The notes under the pieces are model-generated. The model made no database searches, was not told where the DNA came from, and was given only the letters and a program-made list of their open reading frames with translations. The translations under genes were made by a program, and so were the position numbers. From an uncultured Smithella sp. (lineage in GTDB: Bacteria > Desulfobacterota > Syntrophia > Syntrophales > Smithellaceae), in contig CAZWCA010000004.1 of the NCBI GenBank assembly GCA_964632255.1, positions 489 to 64,488 of the forward strand: DNA of 64,000 bases. The letters are read 5' to 3'. Positions 56,460 through 64,000 of this stretch are shown here, in pieces. Every line of letters starts with the position of its first letter. Position 1 is the stretch's first letter.

Positions 56460-57086
56460 AAAATATCTATCTGACCTTTGTTTAAATTAATTTTTACGAA
56501 ATCTCATTTTCCCGACAACGGATAGTTTGTCAAGTTCAACTTTATTTATAAGAAAGATCTTTGCAAATAACATCGGCATTGGCTGGGCAACAACTGCTAA
56601 TCTCTCAATGCGGAAAATTAATTTATACTAATTTTTACTGTTAGATATTAGTTAATTTTTTTGTATTGAATGCTGTGTCTCGATTGACATAATAAAATGA
56701 TTTTATCATATCATAGCATTTTTTCTATTTTGAAATTTACAGAGACATAATCCGAAATGTTTTTTCTACTTAACTTTTCTAAAATATCCTTTAATCATAA
56801 ATTTTTTTTATAGGTTCCTTTAGTATGACAACTACGGTAAAAATGATCAAAAGCAATTCAATTATAAACCAATCATTTCGCTCTAAAATATTAAAATATT
56901 GATTTCGCATATATTCAAATTCCAAAACAGATAGGCGGTGCACGGAATCAGTCTAAATTAATAGTCAACCGATTTATACAATTGTCTCCTGGCTAAAAAT
57001 AAGGAGCTTAAGCCTTTATACAAAAGGTGCGAGAAAACTATATATGTTTTGTTCTTAAAAATTCATTAATTTTTAATGAGGTTGAT

Positions 57087-58445
57087 ATGGCGGATATAGA
57101 AGATGTTGAAGAATCAAATATATTCTTCCGAAATATTTTTGAATACTCTGGCGTTGCTAAGTTCATCTATGGAGAAGATGGTATCATATCATTAGTTAAT
57201 AATGAGTTTGAAAATTTTTTGAAGTACACGAGAAATGAGGTTGAAGGCAAAAAGAAGTTGACAGATCTTTTCAGGAATAAAGATTTTGGATTGTTGATGG
57301 AGTATCTTCTAATGCATAGAAACGACTCACAAATATTCATAAAAAATTATCGGGCGCAGGTAGTTGACCGCAATAACGCTATGAGAGATACATATGTAAC
57401 AATCGCCCTGATACCGGGAACAGAAAAAAAGGTTGCTTCTCTGGTGGATATATCTCAACTTAAAAAAGATGAGAAAGCTTTAAGTAAAAACAAAGCTTAT
57501 TATTGGGAACTATTTGAAAGTATTGGACTGCCAATTGTCCATGTCGATGCCAAGGGAAGGCATTTGTTTTTCAACGATGCTTTTGCTGAATTTACCGGTT
57601 ACTCACATATGGAATTAAAGCATATGAGCTTTTCAGATTTTTTTTCACCTAACTCTTTTATGCAGATTCAAGATCTAAACATGAAGCAAATGGCCTGTCA
57701 ATTAGACTGCTTTAACATTGATATTCATTTTCTCTGCAAGGATAATTCTCTGCGCTGGGGTAAGATGAGAGCCATTCCTGTGCACAATCAACATGATTCA
57801 TTTTCTGCATTTTTTGTCATTGTTGACAAAACTATTCAGAAACAGACTGAAGAGAATTTTCTGGCAACTCAAAATGAATTAAATATTAAAGAAAGAAAAC
57901 TTGAAGAAGCTTATACAAGTGTACAATTTATTATGGAAGCTATGGAAAGGAAACAGAATAAATTACAGGAAAGGTTTATATGCAATATAAGAGAACTCGT
58001 TCTTCCATTCCTGGATAAATTGGAGAAGACGCCATTAAATAATAACCAAAGAAAATTAGTTAAAATGACTGAAACTTATTTGGAAAGAATTGCTTCACCC
58101 TTTATACATAATTTATCTTCAAGTTATTTCAATCTTACGGAAAAAGAGATCCAGGTTTCTGCACTCGTCAAAGAGGGGAAAACATCAAAGGAAATAGCAG
58201 AACTTTTAAATTTATCTCAGCGTGCCATCGACTTCCACAGAGGAAGAATCAGAGACAAACTTGGCTTGAAAAATAAGAGCTGCAACCTTCAGATGCTGCT
58301 TCATAATTACGATGTTTCCTCAAATATGGAGGAAACACCAGGATACATGAAGACTGTAATACCTTTAAATGAAGATCGAGATTATAATCATAAACAGTCC
58401 AAGCATCATTTGGAAGGCAAGAAGATGGGTTCGAAACATGAATAA
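57087..58445 (+). CDS. PAS-domain LuxR-family transcriptional regulator
   Basis: ATG 57087 has a GAGG RBS; the ORF opens at GTG 57027. Two PAS-like regions. The C-terminal LuxR HTH reads LTEKEIQVSALVKEGKTSKEIAELLNLSQRAIDFHRGRIRDKLG. Confidence 0.82.
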   Translation: MADIEDVEESNIFFRNIFEYSGVAKFIYGEDGIISLVNNEFENFLKYTRNEVEGKKKLTDLFRNKDFGLLMEYLLMHRNDSQIFIKNYRAQVVDRNNAMRDTYVTIALIPGTEKKVASLVDISQLKKDEKALSKNKAYYWELFESIGLPIVHVDAKGRHLFFNDAFAEFTGYSHMELKHMSFSDFFSPNSFMQIQDLNMKQMACQLDCFNIDIHFLCKDNSLRWGKMRAIPVHNQHDSFSAFFVIVDKTIQKQTEENFLATQNELNIKERKLEEAYTSVQFIMEAMERKQNKLQERFICNIRELVLPFLDKLEKTPLNNNQRKLVKMTETYLERIASPFIHNLSSSYFNLTEKEIQVSALVKEGKTSKEIAELLNLSQRAIDFHRGRIRDKLGLKNKSCNLQMLLHNYDVSSNMEETPGYMKTVIPLNEDRDYNHKQSKHHLEGKKMGSKHE

Positions 58446-58820
58446 ATTAAACCACTTCTTTCTAAAAGCACGTAAAAGCATGGACTTGCAAGTTCTTCGG
58501 TAAAATTTGCCTAATGTCTGTTTTGAAAATAAGCATAAAGTATTTTATGCTGTTATGAATACCAAATATAATTGTAAATTATCTGTTATTTACTTAGTAT
58601 TGTATATTTCTTTCTTTTTTTTTAATTTTACAATCTATTTTCTTTAATAAATATTTGAAATAATTAATTGGAATATAACAACTAAAAATTCTTCATTTCG
58701 GCCATCGAATCATCCTCTAAATAAAATAATCCTGCACAAAAATTTGCGGAAAAGAGGTGGTATAAAGATTTTTTTAAGTAACGGCCAATACACTCATACA
58801 GTAATCTAACAGGGATATAG

Positions 58821-59113
58821 AGAACCTTTCCGGACATCACTCCAATCATAAGCCAACTGAGGCAACGCTCAAACCAGCGAGGAAAGTACCGGAAAATTTT
58901 TGACATCACCATTAAAGATATATTTCAGACAACTTCCGAAGGATATCTCTTAGTGTAAATCCGGCTTTGCAAAAAAGTTATATGTTTATGGAGGATGAAA
59001 TCAATTTCATAAGAGATTATCCATATTTTTCATGATACTTCGGAAAATATTTTATCTTCGAAGTTGCAAACAGGAAATTACGCAGAATATCCTTACTAAA
59101 GGAGAATACGAAT
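58821..59113 (+). pseudogene. Possible decayed PAS-coding 5' portion of the downstream hybrid kinase
   Basis: Frame 0 reads ...GKYRKIFDITIKDIFQTTSEGYLLV then a stop (58956). The kinase frame reads NPALQKSYMFMEDEINFIRDYPYFS, then TGA (59033-59035), then continues open into GTG 59114. Confidence 0.35.
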
Positions 59114-61426
59114 GTGCGGTTTGTAAATTTTATACCTCAGATTGTTATGGATGCAAATACCGGTGCCTTCATAGATTGTAATGAAGCCGCAGTTAAGATC
59201 TACGGATATGCCAGCAGAGGAGATTTTATAAATAAAACAATTTTCAATATTGATGAAAAATCTGCGCCGATCCGATATAACGGCTTGGCTTCAGCAACAG
59301 ATGTTCAGAAGCATATTCAATTATGCCTTAAAAATGGTTCGCATATCTTCGAACGGCGTCATCAGAGGCCTAATGGCGAGATATGGGATGCCGAAATTCA
59401 CTTGAAACTTTTCTATCGTAAGGGCAAACCCCTTATACAGTTCGCTCTTCATGACATCACCGCACGCAAACAGGCAGAGGAGGCCTCGAAGAGATCAGCT
59501 TATTTATACTGGTCAATTTTCGAAAATACAGGTGTTGCGAATATAGTCGTGCACGAAAACACAAAAATAATTCTGGCAAATCCTGAGTTTGAAATATTGT
59601 CCAGTTATTCTAAAAAAGAAATTGAAGGGAAAAAAAGATGGACGGAATTTTTTATCGAAGAGGATTTAAGCCGGATGAAGAAGTACAGTCAACTGCGAAG
59701 AACAAGTAAAGATATTGTACCGCGGAAGTATGAGTGTAGATTAAGAGACAGGCATGACAAAATAAAAGATATAGCCATTAGCTTTGACAGGATTCCCTGC
59801 ACAAAAGAAAGCATAATTTCCCTTCATGACATAACTGAACGTAAACAAGCCGAGAGAATTCTTCAGGAATCACAACGGAGACTGTCTGATATAATCGAAT
59901 TTTTGCCTGATGCTACTTTGATTATTGATAAGGACGGAAAAGTTATTGTCTGGAACCGGGCTATGGAGACCATGACCGGTGTTAAGAAAGAAGATATGCT
60001 GGGCAAGGGTAATTATGAGTACGCTCTGCCCTTTTATTCTGAAAGAAGACCTATCATAATTGATCTGGCCCTTCATCCGGACAAAGAAAGAGAAAAACAA
60101 TACACCACAATCCAGAGAAAGGGAAACCTGCTTTTTGGTGAATCCTTTACACCGAATCTGCCGCCAGGGGATATACATCTTTCCGCTACGGCATCTGTTC
60201 TTCGTAATGAGGAAGGTGAGATCATCGCAGCTATAGAATGCATCCGGAATAACACGGAACGTAAGAAATTAGAGGAACATTTAAAACGAGTGGAAAAGAT
60301 GGAGTCTCTGGGTACTCTGGCCGGCGGAGTTGCCCATGATCTAAACAATATTCTGGGAGTATTAATCGGATATTCTGAACTGCTTATTGAATCTCTGCCT
60401 GGAGATAGTTTTACCAGAAAGTACGCTGATAATATCCTGAAATCCAGCATGAAAGGAGCCGCCATAATCCAGGATCTTTTGATTTTAGCAAGGCGTGGTG
60501 TAAATGTTTCGGAAGTAGTTGATCTGAACAAACTGGTCCTTGATTATCTTAATTCACAAGAGTTTGAAAAACTTAAATCTTCTTATCCGAATGTAAAAAT
60601 ATCAACTGAACTCGAAACTGGATATTTGGATATTAAAGGCTCCCCCGTACATCTAAGCAAGACAGTCATGAACCTTGTTTCCAATGCGGCAGAAGCTATA
60701 TCAGGCAGGGGAAATGTGACAGTAAGAACGGAGAACCGCTACCTGGACCATCCTCTCCACAACTATGACGCCATACAGGAAGGTTACTATGCGGTTTTAG
60801 CTGTATCTGATACAGGCGATGGCATATCAACCCATGATTTGGAAAAAATATCCGAACCTTTTGATACGAAGAAAGTCATGGGAAGCGGAGCAGGTGTAGG
60901 TTTGGCTGTTGCTTGGGGAACGATAAAGGATCATAATGGTTATATTGATGTCCAAAGTAAAAAAGGAAAAGGAACCACCTTCACTCTCTACTTTCCCATT
61001 ATCAAAGAGGAAGCCGGAAAAATAAAAAAAGCAACATTACCTGATTCCAACATAAGCAAAGGGGAATCCATCCTTGTCGTTGATGATGTTAAAGAACAGC
61101 GTGAGCTGGCTATGGACATGCTGGAGAGCATGGGATACAGGGTTACGGCTGTTTCCAGTGGAGAAGAAGCAGTTGAATATATCAAACATAAGAAAGCTGA
61201 TCTGATCGTTTTGGATATGATCATGAAACCTGGGATTAACGGGCTGGAGACCTATCAGAAAATACTGGAATACAACCCTGGACAAAAAGCAATTATTGTT
61301 AGCGGTTTTTCTGAAACTGACCAGATCAGGAAAGTTCAAAAAATGGGTGCCGGAGCTTTCATTCAAAAGCCCTACACGATGGAGCAGATTAGCCTTGGAA
61401 TCAGGAAGGAACTGGATCGGAAATAA
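59114..61426 (+). CDS. Hybrid sensor histidine kinase (multiple PAS, HisKA, HATPase, REC)
   Basis: GTG start with an AAAGGAGAA RBS. Three PAS-like units each end in HDITxRKQAE(E). H-box VAHDLNNILGVL, N-box NLVSNAAEA, DTGDGI, GAGVGLAVA. REC domain (LIVLDMIMKPGING). Confidence 0.88.
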   Translation: MRFVNFIPQIVMDANTGAFIDCNEAAVKIYGYASRGDFINKTIFNIDEKSAPIRYNGLASATDVQKHIQLCLKNGSHIFERRHQRPNGEIWDAEIHLKLFYRKGKPLIQFALHDITARKQAEEASKRSAYLYWSIFENTGVANIVVHENTKIILANPEFEILSSYSKKEIEGKKRWTEFFIEEDLSRMKKYSQLRRTSKDIVPRKYECRLRDRHDKIKDIAISFDRIPCTKESIISLHDITERKQAERILQESQRRLSDIIEFLPDATLIIDKDGKVIVWNRAMETMTGVKKEDMLGKGNYEYALPFYSERRPIIIDLALHPDKEREKQYTTIQRKGNLLFGESFTPNLPPGDIHLSATASVLRNEEGEIIAAIECIRNNTERKKLEEHLKRVEKMESLGTLAGGVAHDLNNILGVLIGYSELLIESLPGDSFTRKYADNILKSSMKGAAIIQDLLILARRGVNVSEVVDLNKLVLDYLNSQEFEKLKSSYPNVKISTELETGYLDIKGSPVHLSKTVMNLVSNAAEAISGRGNVTVRTENRYLDHPLHNYDAIQEGYYAVLAVSDTGDGISTHDLEKISEPFDTKKVMGSGAGVGLAVAWGTIKDHNGYIDVQSKKGKGTTFTLYFPIIKEEAGKIKKATLPDSNISKGESILVVDDVKEQRELAMDMLESMGYRVTAVSSGEEAVEYIKHKKADLIVLDMIMKPGINGLETYQKILEYNPGQKAIIVSGFSETDQIRKVQKMGAGAFIQKPYTMEQISLGIRKELDRK

Positions 61427-61521
61427 GCATTAATTATACGAGGACGGACTTGACTTGACAAATAAGTAAAAAGAGTGGTCAGTTACCTTCTAACTCCCTC
61501 ATGACTCTCAAGCTTAGAGAT

Positions 61522-62859
61522 TCAGCTATTTTTTTCATCTTGAACTTCGGTATCTTTTTTATCGTCATTTACTCTTGATACTAAAATTTTATCGACACGC
61601 CTGCCATCCATATCAACAACTTCGATTCTTAACCCTTCCCATACAAAATAATGTCCTTCTAAAGGCACAGCCTCAAGTTTCGCCATTACGAAACCGCCTA
61701 CAGTGTTAATCCCCGCATGCTCTTTGTCGCTCAGTCCTGCAATTTCCATATAATCGAGGAACTCATCCAGCGGCAGACTGCCGGATATGAGCAATGATCC
61801 ATCCTCCCGTTTCACAATGTCTTTTTCACCTTCAACCTCATCTTCGACATCTTCAAACACAGAGTGCAAGATATCGCCGAAGGTAACGAGCCCTTGGATT
61901 GTACCATATTCATCCACCACAAAACCGACATTCATTTTAGATTTTTTGAATAACTCCATCACCTTTACTGCCGGAGTCGTCTCCAAAACAAAAAGCGGCT
62001 TACGGGAAGTTTTTTTAAGGTCAAGCGGCTTTTCCTCCATGGCTAGTGAAAGTAATTCTTTTCCCTTGACAATCCCAACAACGTTATCGAGCGTATCCTC
62101 CGCCACCGGATATGCAGAATATCTATATTGGGCAATTTTGTGCTTTGTTTCATCTTCGCTTTCATTAAGGTCAAGCCAGACAATATCCGCTCTTGGTGTC
62201 ATCAGGACTGCTACACGACGATCAGCCAAGCGAAAAACACGCTCGATTGTATCCTGTTCAAACTCTTGAAAAGTCCCGTCCTGTGTTCCTTTGTCAATTA
62301 ACAGCTTTATTTCTTCTTCCGTTACGGCTGGCTCCGGTGAAGTTTTGAATCGAAAAATACGAAGCAGCAAATTTGTTGAGCCGCTGAGCAGGATCACCAA
62401 GGGACGAGCCAGTTGCGAAAGACGATGTATTAAGGGAGCGACAAGAAGAGAAATATTTTCCGGATTATTAAGTGCAAGACGTTTTGGAATCAATTCGCCT
62501 ATTATTACTGATAAATACGTTATAAAGATGACTATGATGGCAACACCGATTGTTTCGCTGTATGGGGCAAGCAAAGGGAAAGCGGCAAAGTATCGAGCCA
62601 GCAATTCAGCAATGGTTGCACCTCCAAAAGCGCCGGCTAAAATACCGACAAATGTTATACCGATTTGAACGGTGGATAAAAAGCTGTCCGGCGAATTAGC
62701 AAGCTGAAGCGCTATGTGCGCTCTGGAACTACCTTCTTTGGCCAACTGTTCAAGTTTGGTTCTTTTGGCAGCTACAAGAGCAATCTCAGACAATGCAAGT
62801 AAACCGTTCAAGATAATTAGTAAAAAGATTAAAAATATTTCAATAACTATTGAATTCAT
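61522..62859 (-). CDS. CNNM/HlyC-CorC family transporter (DUF21, CBS pair, CorC_HlyC)
   Basis: N-terminal DUF21 region (LNGLLALSEIALVAAKRTKL, GELIPKRLAL), central CBS pair, and C-terminal TVGGFVMAKLEAVPLEGHYFVWEGLRIEVVDMDGRRVDKILV. Confidence 0.85.
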   Translation of the reverse strand: MNSIVIEIFLIFLLIILNGLLALSEIALVAAKRTKLEQLAKEGSSRAHIALQLANSPDSFLSTVQIGITFVGILAGAFGGATIAELLARYFAAFPLLAPYSETIGVAIIVIFITYLSVIIGELIPKRLALNNPENISLLVAPLIHRLSQLARPLVILLSGSTNLLLRIFRFKTSPEPAVTEEEIKLLIDKGTQDGTFQEFEQDTIERVFRLADRRVAVLMTPRADIVWLDLNESEDETKHKIAQYRYSAYPVAEDTLDNVVGIVKGKELLSLAMEEKPLDLKKTSRKPLFVLETTPAVKVMELFKKSKMNVGFVVDEYGTIQGLVTFGDILHSVFEDVEDEVEGEKDIVKREDGSLLISGSLPLDEFLDYMEIAGLSDKEHAGINTVGGFVMAKLEAVPLEGHYFVWEGLRIEVVDMDGRRVDKILVSRVNDDKKDTEVQDEKNS

Positions 62860-63571
62860 AAGTTTCTGATCTGCACATTTGGAACGCTGTTAAATTTTTA
62901 ACTTTCTCTCGTTAAAACAATAACGGCGTTATTTCTAAAGATTGGGCATGGGCTCCTTTTTGTTTGTGCAGTGTTTTCATTTTTTTCAATTTCAGAGTCC
63001 AGTACCATTTTTGAATTCAGGTTATTAACAATTTCTTAAGAACAATGCAATACAAAACAATAAGTTGCCCTCTTGCTGCCTGCATTCGAAGAGGATATTC
63101 AGAACGACCAACGACCATTGGAAAGATTCTACAATGATTTTTTTGAAAAGCAAAAGATCGCTGACGCCACCGGCTATGCTTGCCCGCAGAATAACGCTGT
63201 AAGCTACCAGTAATCCCGCCACGGTTACACCGCGCTCAAGTTGCCGTCTTTAACACATTGAACATTGAACAATGTCAAACCGGTAATTTTTTTCATGGAC
63301 GTATATTGCCGCAATCATGAAAACCTGCCCCAGGAAGAAAAAAACAACCGCACTTAAAATGCCGCCGACATAGCCGGCGATATAGATGCATTAAGCCCAT
63401 AGGGTAGCAATTGATAGCGCCGTAGGTGCGGCATGCTAACAATCGAAATTATAACGATTTCTTAATATATTTCCTAGCCACACCAGCTTTCAGCCTGCTT
63501 GTTTGTCCTTGCATTGTTTCAAGGAAGTTGTAGTATTCAAATGATTTTGCAAAAAAGGAAAACATAAATTC

Positions 63572-64000
63572 GTGTCTTCTTTACTACCTACCAATAACGA
63601 ATCTTCAGGGACGATTGTAACACGCCGGGCAGTAGGTACATTTATTGCTCTTCTCGTTGCGCATATCATGATTGATTTCATGGGCTTAAGCGTCTGGCCG
63701 GTTTACAAGACACTGGCCGGCCTGGATGTCGCCAAAGCAGGTTGGATTGCCACCGTTATCGGTATGAGCGGAACTGCGCTGCAGCCATTGTTCGGTTCCA
63801 TCGCCGACCGGTTCGGGCCGAGGCGTGTTATTTTGCTCGGTACACTGCTCACCTCGCTTGCCCTGCTTCTCGGCCCGCTTGCCGATTACCGGGCAACACT
63901 TGATCTTCATCTTCCGGCGCTGTTCGGATTGAGCGGTTTTTACCTTGTAATTTTCATTATTCTCGCCGCCGGCCGCCTTGGACAGGACATGTTTCACCCT
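63572..64000 (+). CDS. MFS transporter, 5' part (runs off the window end)
   Basis: My own translation gives (GTG 63572) MSSLLPTNNESSGTIVTRRAVGTFIALLVAHIMIDFMGLSVWPVYKTLAGLDVAKAGWIATVIGMSGTALQPLFGSIADRFGPRRVILLG..., with the MFS loop 2-3 motif G..ADR.G.RR. The start codon is uncertain. Confidence 0.6.
   Translation, partial: MSSLLPTNNESSGTIVTRRAVGTFIALLVAHIMIDFMGLSVWPVYKTLAGLDVAKAGWIATVIGMSGTALQPLFGSIADRFGPRRVILLGTLLTSLALLLGPLADYRATLDLHLPALFGLSGFYLVIFIILAAGRLGQDMFHP

Noticed and set aside
58682-58912. 76-aa minus-strand ORF whose RWFERCLSWL stretch briefly looked like the RW.VER.F.WL motif of IS5-family transposase C-termini.
   Set aside because: The opposite strand over the same bases reads as a convincing PAS N-terminus (YRKIFD...IFQTTSEGYLLV). 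There are no inverted repeats and no DDE context. I treat it as a shadow ORF.
59033-59035. In-frame TGA upstream of the hybrid kinase as a possible selenocysteine codon.
   Set aside because: I could see no obvious SECIS-like stem-loop directly downstream. The surrounding frame is also broken by a frameshift near 58956. Decay or sequencing error is more parsimonious.
63025-63420. Hydrophobic minus-strand reading frames (IYIAGYVGGILSAVVFFFLGQVFMIAAIYV... and AGLLVAYSVILRASIAGG...) that might be a fragmented membrane-protein pseudogene.
   Set aside because: The frames are interrupted by several stops and shifts, there is no start/RBS, and no family motif is recognisable. This cannot be supported without a database search.
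63490-63997. Two minus-strand ORFs (63 and 103 aa) at the right edge.
   Set aside because: The plus strand across the same bases translates into a clean MFS transporter N-terminus with the G..ADR.G.RR motif. The minus-strand ORFs are shadows.

Overview
About 53 kb of this window is a flagellar and chemotaxis supercluster from a Gram-negative bacterium (L- and P-ring genes are present). I cannot assign a taxon from sequence alone. On the minus strand the operons run as follows. flgB-flgC-fliE-F-G-H-I-J plus a ylxF-like gene (38330 to 31482). fliK-flgD-flgE (31079 to 26555). fliL-M-N-O-P-Q-R-flhB-A-F-G-fliA plus a six-gene accessory module (26253 to 11930). flgF-G-A-H-I plus a flgJ-like gene (11689 to 7067). 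flgM-N-K-L (7004 to 1764). A SPOR-TPR gene and a sensor kinase / sigma-54 response regulator pair (43533 to 38383) lie upstream of flgB. Next come a plus-strand pilZ-motA-motB unit and a minus-strand chemotaxis cluster: cheR-cheD-HDOD-REC-cheX-like-cheB-cheA-cheY-cheX. The right end holds a second sigma-54 activator, a Dus-like gene, a PAS-LuxR regulator, a hybrid histidine kinase, a CNNM/CorC transporter and a partial MFS gene. No flagellin, fliD/fliS, cheW or MCP gene is in the window. Six near-consensus sigma-54 promoters and two sigma-28 promoters sit at the predicted operon starts. The most unusual observations are: (1) one ~65-75 aa module present three times in FlgE and once each in FlgK and FlgL; (2) a 678-nt tandem duplication in flgL carrying Asp-box motifs; (3) an MshEN-like tandem motif in CheA where P2 normally lies; (4) a second FliK-like gene paired with a stand-alone FlhB-CC-like gene, separated by a 141-bp MITE-like insertion; (5) an apparent ATP-lid-less HisKA protein. 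All family assignments rest on motifs I read in the translations. No database search was run.
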